Below, piece by piece: positions 35,382 to 46,798 of a stretch of DNA of 64,000 nucleotides (within the stretch, counting starts at the first letter, position 1; every line of letters starts with the position of its first letter). Origin of the DNA: Anaeramoeba ignava BMAN (taxonomy: Eukaryota > Protista > Anaeramoebae); NCBI GenBank assembly GCA_028826165.1, contig JAPDFW010000059.1, forward strand, positions 868,001 to 932,000, given 5' to 3'. Both the position numbers and the translations under genes were made by a program. Below the pieces are notes generated by a model. It was not told the DNA's origin. It saw only the letters and a program-made list of their open reading frames with translations, and ran no database searches.

Positions 35382-38300
35382 ATGAATTTTGAAAATGAAA
35401 GATTTAATGAATTAATTAATTCATATAAAGAATTAACTGAAAGAGGACTTTATACAAGTGCAAAATGGTAATTTTTATATTTACAACTTTACAACTTTAT
35501 TTACAAATTTACAAATGAATTTATTTACAAATTTATTTACAACTTTATTTACAACTTTATTTACAAATTTATTTATAAATTTATTTACAAATTTATTTAT
35601 AAATTTATTTACAACTTTATTTACAAATTTAAAATTTATTTACAAATTTATTTACAACTTTATTTACAAATTTATTTATAAAAATTTTAATTTTTTTACA
35701 AATTTTATTTACAAATTTATTTAAATTTTATTTACAAATTTATTTACAAATTTGTAAATTTATTTACAAATTTATTTTACAAATTTATTTAAAATTTATT
35801 TTTACAAATTTATTTATAAATTTATTACAAATTTATTTTAGGTATAAATTTATTTTACAAATGTGAATTTATTTACAAATTTATTTACAAATGAATTTTA
35901 TTTACAAATTTATTTACAAATTTATTTTTACAACTTTATTTTACAAATTTATTTACAAATTTATTTATAAATTTATTTTTACAAATTTATTTTACAAACT
36001 AAATTTATTTACAAATTTATTTATAAATTTATTTACAAATTTATTTTATAAATTTATTTACAAAATTTATTTACAAATTTATTTACAAATTTATTTAAAT
36101 TTATTTACAATTTTATTTACAAAATTTTAATTTATTTACAAATTTATTTACAAATTTATTTACAATTTTATTTTACAAATTTATTTACAAATTTATTTAC
36201 AACTTTATTTATAAATTTATTTTAAAAATTTTATTTTACAAATTTATTTATTAATTTTATTTTACAAATTTTATTTTTTTAAATTTTTTTTAAATTTTTT
36301 ATTTATAAATTTATTTACAAATTTATTTCTTACAAATTTATTTACAAATTTATTTACAATTTATTTACAAATTTATTTACAAAATTTATAAATTTATTTT
36401 ACAAATTTATTTACAAATTTATTTATAAATTTATTTACAAATTTATTTACAAATTTATTTATAAATTTATTTTACAAATTTATTTTAATAAATTTATTTA
36501 TAAATTTATTTTATGAATTTATTTACAAATTTATTTACAAATTTATTTTACAAATTTATTTTACAAATTTATTTACAAAGTTTTTACAAATGAATTTTAT
36601 TTTACAAATTTATTTACAAATTTATTTTAAATTTATTTACAAATTTATTTACAAATTTTATTTACAAATTTATTTATAACTTACTAAATTTATTTACAAA
36701 TTTATTTATAAATTTATTTACAAATTTATTTATAAATTTATTTTACAAATTTATTTATAAATTTTTACAAATTTTTTTTTAAATTTATTTACAAATTTAT
36801 TTACAAATTTATTTACAAATTTATTTTATAAATTTATTTACAAATTTATTTTATAAATTTTATTTTACAAATTTTTACAAGTTGTTTTACAAATTTGTTT
36901 TTTTTTTATTTTTACAAGGTTTTATTTTATAAATTTATTTAAATTTATTTACAAATTTATTTACAAATTTATTTTAAATTTATTTATAAATTTATTTATT
37001 TAAAATTTATTTACAAATTTATTTTACAAATTTATTTACAAATTTATTTACAACTTTATTTACAAATTTACAAATGAATTTATTTACAAATTTATTTTAT
37101 GAATTTATTTTATTTTAAAAATTTTTTAAATTTATAAATTTATTTTTACAAATTTACAAATGAATTTATTTTTTAAAATTTATTTACAAAATTTATTTAC
37201 AAATTTTTGAATTTATTTACAAAAATTTATTTACAAATTTATTTTTACAAAAAATTTATTTTTATTTTAAAGGTTTTTACAAATTTGAATTTATTTACAA
37301 ATTTTATTTACAAATTTATTTACAAACAAATTTATTTACATTTAAATTTATTTTTAAATTTATTTATTTATTTAAATTTATTTAAATTTACAAAATTTAT
37401 AAATTTATTTACAAATTTATTTTACAAATTTATTTACAAATTTATTTTTACAAATTTATTTACAAATTTATTTACAAATTTATTTACAAATTTATTTACA
37501 AATTTATTTACAAATTTATTTACAAATTTATTTACAAATTTATTTATAAATTTATTTACAAATTTATTTAAATTTATTTACAAATTTATTTACAAATTTA
37601 TTTACAAATTTATTTATAAATTTATTTACAAATTTATTTACAAATTTATTTACAAATTTATTTACAAATTTATTTACAAATTTATTTATAAATTTATTTA
37701 CAAATTTATTTACAAATTTTATTTACAAATTTATTTACAAATTTATTTACAAATTTATTTACAAATTTATTTACAAATTTATTTACAAAAAAAAATAATT
37801 TTATTAAATCAATAAGGGTCGCGGAACAATTATCAAATATCCCACAAAATCAAATTCACACAGAATCACTTACTCTTAATAATAAACAAGAAATAAATCC
37901 AGAAAACATTAACCCCAATTATTTATTAGCAAGAAGTCTTTTTGACTTGAAAGAATATAGAAGAGCATCATTTTTATTAAAAAATCAAACAGGAAACAAA
38001 TCAAGATTTCTTCAACTTTATTCATTATTTCTTGTATAAATTGCAAATAAATAAATACCAACATATCATCAAACAAAATAATAATCATCATTCATTAATA
38101 GGCGGGTGAAAAAAGAAAAGAAGAAGAGATTTATGAAACTGGGAAAATGATGTCTCAACATGATGTTGTTAATCGAGAACTTGCGGAAATTAAAAATATA
38201 TTAGATCCGTTGTTTAATGAGGATAAACTCGATGGATTTGAATTGTTTTTATTTGGAGTTGTATTGAAAAATCTCAAACTAAAAAAACAAGCTCTCAAAT

Positions 38301-39668
38301 CATTAATTCGAAGTGTGTCTTACTTCCCTTTGAATTGGAGCTGTTGGTTGGAAATTTGTGATTTATGTGATGATATTGAAACTGTTAATTCCTTAGAATT
38401 TAGTAAGGATATTAAACAGCATTGGATATTCCCTTTTTTTAATTCCCACATTCACATGGAATTGAATAAATATGATAAAGCATTCCAGATTTGCAAGGAG
38501 CTAGAAACTAAATATGGAGAAAATGAACATTTAAAAATTGAAATTGCTAAAGGAAGATATTTATCAGGAGATTTTGAAGAATCACAAAAAATACTTGAAG
38601 AAATCAGACAAAAAGATCCTTTTCGGATTGATAATATGGATATTTTAAGCAACATACTTTTTGTCAATCAAGAAAAAGCAGAGCTTTCACATTTAGCTCA
38701 TTCTGTTATGGAAATTGATAAATTTAGACCAGAAACTTGTATTATTATTGGCAATTATTATGGATTAAGGTGTGAACATGAAAAAGCAATTATTTATTTC
38801 AAAAGAGCTTTGGAATTGGATGTTAATTATACTTCTGGTTGGATTTTAATGGGTCATGAATTCATTGAATTGAAAAATTTCCCAAATGCTATTCAAGCTT
38901 ATCGCATGGCAATTGATCTCAACCCAAAAGATTATAGAGCTTGGTATGGCTTGGGTCATGTTTATGAAATACTTCAATTACCTATGTATGCATTATATTA
39001 TTTTAATCAAACTGTGAAACTTCGTCCTTTTGACTCAAGAATGTGGTGCGCAATGGGTATTATTTCAATTCAAACTGAAATTATTTTGGAAGAATATATT
39101 TAACTGAAAATCAAATTCAAAATCAAAAATTCTTTTCAAATATTATCCTTTTCTCTGATTGTAAATTTAGGTAACTGCCATGAAATGATGAATGAAACAC
39201 AAAATGCAATTAAATGCTATCAAAGAGCTGAAAGAAATACAGATCCACAAAATATAATTTCATTAAGACATTTAGCAAAATTATTTGAAAATTTAACACA
39301 ACTTGAAAATGCAGCTTATTATCATAAAAAAACATTAATTAGATTAGATGAATTAAATGTAAAAAAATTCTTATAAAAAAATTCTTATAAAAAAATTCTG
39401 ATAAAAAAATTTAAAATAGTTAAATGATCCTGATAAAATTGATTCTATGTCTTTTCTTGCAAATTATTATAAAGAAAGGCATGAACTTGAAAAAGCTGAA
39501 GAAATGTGTAATAAAATACTTGAAGATTCAAATCTTGAACAAAAAGGAAAAGAAGAAGCTCAAGCTTTATTAAGAGAAATTATGTCAATTAGAGCTCAAA
39601 CTCCAATAAATTTTTCAAATGAAAGAATGACAATTTCTCCTTCACCAAGCACTAAATTTGATCCATAA
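35382..39668 (+). CDS. CDC23: Anaphase-promoting complex subunit 8 (CDC23); exons 35382-35467, 37817-38033, 38102-39056, 39171-39358, 39420-39668
   Basis: ERGLYTSAKWVAEQL, YLLARSLFDLKEYRRA, AGEKRKEEE, TPRs with ETCIIIGNYY, WILMGHEF, DYRAWYGLG, DSRMW. Confidence 0.95.
35480..37790 (+). repeat. (TTTACAAATTTA)n degenerate 12-mer array filling CDC23 intron 1 (2349 nt)
   Basis: Directly visible. Confidence 0.95.
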
Positions 39669-39828
39669 TTTCTTTTTTTTTTCTTTCTAAAAAAAAACAA
39701 CTCAAAAATAAAATTAAAGAAAGAAAAAAAAATTTTTTATTTTTAGGGAAAGTTTTTTCTTTTGAATTTAATTATTTAGATTCCTTTTTTAAAAAAAATG
39801 GTAGTAATAGTAATAATAGATTCTCTTC

Positions 39829-40713
39829 TTATTTTTCTTTGATTAAAATTTTTTGTTCATATTCTTGGAGTTGTTGATGAAAACCAGGTCTAATTGCTGG
39901 TCTATTTTGATAAACAAAAACTCGAGCATCTTCAAAATTCAAAGAATTTTTCTTCATTATATAAGAAATCACAACAGAACTAGATCTACTAATCCCCATT
40001 TGGCAATGAACAAGAACACGTTCATTCAAATTTCTAGCCTCTTCAATCCAATCATAAGCCTTCTCAAAAAATTGATTCAATGGTTCAGACGGTTTATCAT
40101 CAACAGGAATTTTAAAATATTTGATTCCAATTTTTGGATCATTTTCATAAACATTTTCACATTCATCACAACAATTTAAAATTCTTGATATTTTAAGTGT
40201 TTGAAGAACAAATAAATTAGAAGCTCCTCTGTAATCACCAAGATATAAAAAATCTTTAATAATTTCTGATGGAAAATTGTGTATTGGAAGATGAATTGTT
40301 GGTGGATCAATATTTTTGACATGCCAAGTACCAAAAATGACAGGATATTCTTCATAAGTTTTTTCTATTCCACCTTCCAAAGTTAGAATATTTGTTAATT
40401 CATGGTTTTCAAATGCTTTTTTTAATTTGGAAATTGATTCTTGATTTTCCTTTTCATTTTCAATTGAATCAATAAAAATAATTGAACGAATAGCTTTTCT
40501 TTTTAAATTTGATTTGAAGAAATTGTTAGAAATTTTTGAGAGAACAAGATCAAACAAATCTCCTTGATAAGATTGAATTTCTTTTGCAGGCAAGTTTACT
40601 GAAAGTTTAATTGCCATTTTTTGGAAAAGTTCTGAATCTCTAAAATCAAGAACTAAACTTTGTTGAATAGAAGCAGTAACAGTATAATTATAAATTTGTT
40701 GAGGAGAAATCAT
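39829..40713 (-). CDS. Rhodanese + dual-specificity phosphatase (MKP-like), copy 1
   Basis: LVLDFR..LEGG rhodanese; PSEII..LYLG, general-acid D in PVDD, VLVHCQMGISRSSS catalytic loop. Confidence 0.92.
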   Translation of the reverse strand: MISPQQIYNYTVTASIQQSLVLDFRDSELFQKMAIKLSVNLPAKEIQSYQGDLFDLVLSKISNNFFKSNLKRKAIRSIIFIDSIENEKENQESISKLKKAFENHELTNILTLEGGIEKTYEEYPVIFGTWHVKNIDPPTIHLPIHNFPSEIIKDFLYLGDYRGASNLFVLQTLKISRILNCCDECENVYENDPKIGIKYFKIPVDDKPSEPLNQFFEKAYDWIEEARNLNERVLVHCQMGISRSSSVVISYIMKKNSLNFEDARVFVYQNRPAIRPGFHQQLQEYEQKILIKEK

Positions 40714-40875
40714 TTCAAAAAAAAAAAAAGAAATAAATGAGAAAAAATGAAAACTAAAAAAAATTAAAAAAAACTCAAAAAAAATGAAAAAATAATTTTT
40801 CTTTTGAATTTTAATTATTTAGATTCCTTTTTTAAAAAAAAATAATAGTAATAGTAGTAATAATAAATTCTCTTC

Positions 40876-41761
40876 TTATTTTTCTTTGATTAAAATTTTT
40901 TCTTCATATTCTTCAAGTTGTCTTTTGAAACCAGGTCTAATTGTTGATCTATTTTGTTGAACAAAAAATTTAGCATCTTCAAAATTCAAAGAATTTTTCT
41001 TCATTATATAAGAAATCACAACAGAACTAGATCTACTAATTCCTATTTGGCAATGAACAAGAACACGTTCATTCAAATTTCTAGCCTCTTCAATCCAATC
41101 ATAAGCCTTCTCAAAAAATTGATTCAATGGTTCAGACGGTTTATCATCAACAGGAATTTTAAAATATTTGATTCCAATTTTTGGATCATTTTCATAAACA
41201 TTTTCACATTCATCACAACAATTTAAAATTCTTGATATTTTAAGTGTTTGAAGAATAAATAAACTTGAAGCTGCTTTGAAACTTCCAAGATATAAAAAAT
41301 CTTTAATAATTTCTGATGGAAAATTTCGAATAGGAACTTTTTTTTTTGGTTTTTCAACATTTTTGAACATGTTTATTTCCAAAAAGAGCTGGATATTCTT
41401 CATAAGTTTTTTCTATTCCACCTTCCAAAGTTAGAATATTTGTTAATTTATGGTTTTCAAATGCTTTTTTTAATTTGGAAATTGATTCTTGATTTTCCTT
41501 TTCATTTTCAATTGAATCAATAAAAATAATTGAATGAATAGCTTTTCTTATAACTTTTGATTTAAGAAAATTATTAGAAATTTTTGAGAGAACAAGATCA
41601 AACAAATCTCCTTGATAAGATTGAATTTCTTTTGCAGGCAAATTTATTTCAAGTTGAAATTTTTTTTTTTGGAAAATTTCTGAATCTCTAAAATCAAGAA
41701 TTAAATTTTGTTGAATAACTGAAGTAACAATATAATTATAAATTTGTTGAGAAGAAATCAT
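40876..41761 (-). CDS. Rhodanese + dual-specificity phosphatase, tandem copy 2, with a +1 frameshift at ~41366 (error, split gene or young pseudogene)
   Basis: Near-identical to copy 1; CAT GTTC AAA versus CAT GTC AAA in copy 1; VHCQIGISRS intact. Confidence 0.8.
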
Positions 41762-41874
41762 TCCAAAAAAAAAGAAATAAATGAGAAAAAATGAAAACTA
41801 AAAAAAATTTTTTTAATCTTAAATTTTTTAAAAAAAAGAAATTAAGAAAATTGATTTGATTTGATTTGATTTGA

Positions 41875-44297
41875 TTATTTTTTTATTCTAAAACCAAGTT
41901 CAGGATCAACTTCTGGAATATCAAATTTTTTCATAAATCCTAAACCGCATAATCCAAAATAAGTATGTAAAGGATCTTGAACAATATCTGGCCATTTTGC
42001 AAATCCACCATAATCACCTTGAGTTGAAAGTGTAAAATTTGAGCATTGTTCAAAATCTATTAAATCAAATACATTAAATAGTTTTAATGATGCACCAATC
42101 CAAAATGAATAACAAGTATCAACCATTTTGTTTGTTCTTCCTTCAAATCCTGTTAATTGTCTTCTAATTAACCATTCAATAACTCTAAATTATTAAAATA
42201 TTAAATTATTAAATAAATTATTAAATAAATATTAAATAAATATTAAAATATTAATAAATATTAAAATATTAAAATATTAAATAAATATTAAATAAATATT
42301 AAATTATTAAAATATTAAAATATTAAAATATTAATAAATATTAAATATTAAATTATATACTTGTCTTTTGAACTTATTTGATTAAGTGTTCCCATCATTG
42401 ATAAAGAAGCTAAAGCACAATAAGTTGAACCACCATGTGATTCTCTTCCAGGAAGAAGTCCAAATCCATTTTCATAAGATTGAGCAGAAAGAATATATTT
42501 TGTAGCTTTTTCAATATTAACACCAGACCAATCATTCAACATTTTTGAAATACAACATGCACAATATAAATATCTCATATCAGATTCATAAATACCATTA
42601 ATTGCAAGAAAACTAAACAAAACAATTTTAATTTTGATTTTGAATTTGATTTTTGATTTGGTTTTAATTTTAATTTTAATTTTGAATTTGAATTGAATTT
42701 TGAATTTGAATTTTAATTTGAATTTGAATTTGATTTGAATTTTGATTTTAATTTGAATTTGAATTTTAGTTTTAATTTTGAATTTTGAATTTTGAATTTG
42801 AATTTTAATTTTGAATTTTAATTTGAATTTTAATTTGAATTTGAATTTTAAATTAATTTTGATTTTAATTTTGAATTTTATTTGAATTTTAATTTGAATT
42901 TGAATTTGAATTTGGATTTGAATTTGAATTTGAATTTTAAATTAATTTTGATTAACCTTCCATCATCTAATTGCAAACTTTTTAAAGCAGTTAAAATAGC
43001 ATTTTTATTCAATCTTGAGTAATCATCACCAAGAATAGTTAAAATAGCAATAGCAACATAGGTCATTGCAATATGAGAATGGTCATATAAATGAGAATTT
43101 GTTGGTTGGCATTGTGGGTTTTCATCTCTTCCAAAAAATTGACCTCCTCTAAATCCACAATTTTCAATATATTTTTCTGGGTTATCTTTATCAGGAAGAA
43201 TTTGTTGTGAATATACAAAATCAATAATTGATTTCTTATCAAGATTATCAACTTCACCAAGAAGATCCAAAGAAGAAACAACAAAATAAAGCATAGTCAT
43301 TCGATTTGAATCATAATCTGTAAATTTTCAATTCAAATTTTTATTTTGATTTTAATTTTGATTTTAAATTTGTTGTTTAATTTTATTTTGATTTTGATTT
43401 TAATTTTGTTGTTTAATTTTGATTTTAATTTTGATTTTGATTTTGATTTTGATTTTGATTTATATTTTGATTTTAATTTTGATTTTAATTTTGATTTTAA
43501 TTTTGATTTTATTTTGAATTTTGATTTTAATTTTAATTTTGATTTTGATTTTGATTTTGATTTATATTTTGATTTTAATTTTGATTTTAATTTTGATTTT
43601 ATTTTTAAATTTGTTGTTAAATTTGTTGTTAAATTTGTTGTTAAATTTGTTGTTAAATTTGTTGTTAAATTTTAATTTTGATTTTAATTTTAAATTTGTT
43701 GTTAAATTTGTTGTTAAATTTGTTTTTAAATTTGTTGTTAAATTTGTTGTTAAATTTGTTGTTATGTTTTATAATTTGTTAAATTTGCTTTTAAATTTGT
43801 TGTTAAATTTGTTGTTAAATTTGTTTTTAAATTTGTTGTTAAATTTGTTGTTAAATTTGTTGTTAAATTTGTTGTTAAATTTGTTGTTAAATTTGTTGTT
43901 AAATTTGTTGTTAAATTTGTTGTTAAATTTGTTTTTAAATTTGTTGTTAAATTTGTTTTTAAATTTGTTGTTAAATTTGTTTTTAAATTTGTTGTTAAAT
44001 TTGTTTTTAAATTTGTTTTTAAATTTGTTTTTAAATTTGTTTTTAAATTTGTTGTTAAATTTGTTGTTAAATTTGTTGTTAAATTTGTTGTTTAATTTGT
44101 TTTTAAATTTGTTTTTAAATTTGTTGTTAAATTTGTTGTTAAATTTGTTGTTAAATTTGTTGTTAAATTTGTTGTTAAATTTAAAATAAACCTTGTGTTT
44201 CTGTTGGCATTAATTTTAAAAATCTTTTAATCCATTCAATATGTTGTTTTTTTTTAAAAATTAATTCTTTTTTCTTTTTTTCTTCTTTTTGTTCCAT
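41875..44297 (-). CDS. PGGT1B: Geranylgeranyltransferase type I beta subunit; four exons (~44297-44192, 43317-42957, 42612-42361, 42184-41875)
   Basis: DSNRMT.LYF..S.LDL, GFRG, HIAMTY, ESDMRY.YCA, ESHGGSTYCA, GRTNKMVDTCYSFW, DPLHTYFG. Confidence 0.93.
43340..44185. repeat. (TTTTGA/TTTTAA)n then (TTGTTAAATTTG)n array in PGGT1B intron 1
   Basis: Directly visible. Confidence 0.92.
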
Positions 44298-44497
44298 TTG
44301 TTTGTTTTTAATTAATTAAAATAATTTTTTTTTTAAAAAGAAAATGAAAAGTAAAAAAATGAAAAAAAATTTTTTTGAATTTATTAAATTTCTTTTTGAA
44401 AATTTTTTGGAATGAAAAAAATGAGAAAAAAAGTTAAATTTTTCCATTAATTTTTGTTCTTGAATTAATTTTAAATTTTTTTTTCTTTTTCTTTGTT

Positions 44498-46643
44498 TTA
44501 ATTTCTGGTAATTTTAATAGGGAAATTTTTAGAAAGAATGTGACCATCAATAAAATAAAAAACAACATTTATTTCAAAATCAATAACAAAATTTGAAGTT
44601 GATAAAGAAGGACATGTAAAAAGTCTTGGAAATTTCATATATATAGGAATTTTCATTTGAGGACAAACATTTCCATCAGCAATTTCAATATTTTGGATTT
44701 GAGTATCTTTTTTAAAATTAAAATCGGATAAAAAATTAAAATTAAAATTAAAATTAAAATTAAAATTAAAATTAAAATTAAAATTAAAATTAAAATCGGA
44801 TAAAAATTAAATTAAAATTAAAATTAAAATTAAAATTAAAATTAAAATTAAAATTAAAATTAAAATTAAAATCGGATAAAAAATCAAAATTAAAATCAAA
44901 ATTAGAATTAAAATTCAAATTCATTTATAAAATCAAAATTAAAATTAAAATTAAAAATTAAAATTCAAATTAATAATTAAAATTTAAATTAATAATTAAA
45001 ATTAAAATTAAAATTAAAAATTAAAATCAAAAATTAAAATTAAAATTCAAATTAAAATTAAAATTAAAATTAAAATCAAAATTAAAAATTAAAATTAAAA
45101 TTAAAATTAAAATTAAAATTAAAAATCAAAATTAAAATTAAAATTCAAATTAAAATTAAAATTATAATTAAAATTAAAATTAAAATCGGATAAAAATTAA
45201 AATTAAAATTAAAATTAAAATTAAAATTAAAATTAAAATTAAAATTAAAATTAAAATTTAAAATTAAAATTAAAATTAAAATTAAAATTAAAATTAAAAT
45301 TAAAATTAAAATTAAAATTAAAATTAAAATTAAAATTAAAATTAAAATTAAAATTAAAATTAAAATTAAAATTAAAATTTAAATTAAAATTAAAATTAAA
45401 ATTAAAATTAAAATCGGATAAAAAATTAAAATTAAAAACTACCTTCTTTCATAAAACCATCTTCTTTTGTTCCACAAGTTTCACTCCGAATTAATTGAAC
45501 TTCAATTGAACGAAGTGGAAATTCAGTTGATTGAACAACTAAAAAACCAGTAAGTGGAGAATTAATATCACAAATTAAATTATCAATTTGTCCCGAAATT
45601 GTAAATTTAGGAATTTTATCAATTGAAGACTTTTAAAGAAATAAAATAATTTTAAAAAAATAATTGAAAAATAATTTAATATAATTAAATATACCTTCTT
45701 CACATTTTCAATTGCTTGAGGTGATATTGTAAATGAAGCTATAGTTGGTTTATATTTCTTAAGTGTCTAAATAAAAATTTTGCAAAATAAATAAAATTTT
45801 GAAATAAAAGAAATAAAAAGAAATAAAAAGAAATAAAAAGATCAAAAAATCAAAAAGGAAAAAAAAAAGGAATTAAAGAATGAAGATAAATCAAAAGAAA
45901 GTAATAAAATATTGTACTGGAACTTCTGCAATATATTCAAGTTTTCCTTGAATTTTTTTGCCAAATCGACCTCGAGATAAAGTTGCTGTTATTGTATAAA
46001 CTGAATTAATAAAGACACCATGATATGTTTCCACTAATTCCTCTCCCTTTTTTGGAGCAAGTACAAATTCAAATGGAAGTTCTGTTTCTCCAGAAGGACT
46101 TTTCAAAATGAAAAAAAACAAATCAAAAAAAATTTCAACTTAAAAAATATCCAAAAAATTTTTTTTACATTTTTCCAGGTTGTAATAAAGTTAAAGAACA
46201 ATAAGAAACATTAAAAGGTTTAATTCTAAAGTCGTTAAGAAAGAATTACGGAGTTAAGTTTAAAAATATAAATATTGATTTTGAAAAAAAAAACAAGAAA
46301 AAAAAAGTTGATTAGAAAATTTGTTTTGTTTTTATGGATCAAAATTTTGAAGATGAAAATATAAAACTCACGAATGAGAAATTGCTTCAAATAATCCAGA
46401 GGTTCTTGTTGTTGTCTGCAAACCGACATCACCTGATGCAATAAGGATTAAACCTTGATGTGATAATTCTTTCTTTGTTCTAACATATACAACTCCAACT
46501 ATTTTTTCCTTTTTAAGTTTTGATTTGAGAAAATTGTTTGAAATGAGTTTTTGAATAAATTTTATTTTTGTTTGATTATATTTTTATTTTACTCCAATTG
46601 TATATGTTCTATTCATTTTTTTTAATTTAATTTCGATTGACAT
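44498..46643 (-). CDS. VPS26C: VPS26C/DSCR3 retriever subunit, multi-exon
   Basis: IKLKKMNRTY, SGLFEA, GETELPFEF..LVETYHGVFI, PLRSIEVQLIRSETCG, TQIQNIEIADGNVC..IPIYMKFPRLFTCP, NFPIKITR. Confidence 0.9.
44712..45440. repeat. (AAAATT)n with five AAATCGGATAAAA inserts in a VPS26C intron
   Basis: Directly visible. Confidence 0.9.
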
Positions 46644-46798
46644 TTTTTGAATAAAAGAAAAATAAAAGAAAGAAGAAAAAAATGAAAATTAAAAAAAAAA
46701 AAAGAAAAATTTTTTTTCTTTTTTTTTTTATTCCATTTTTTGCTCTTTCCATTTAAAATTATCTAAATAATAATTTCTTATTTTGTCTTTTATAAAAA

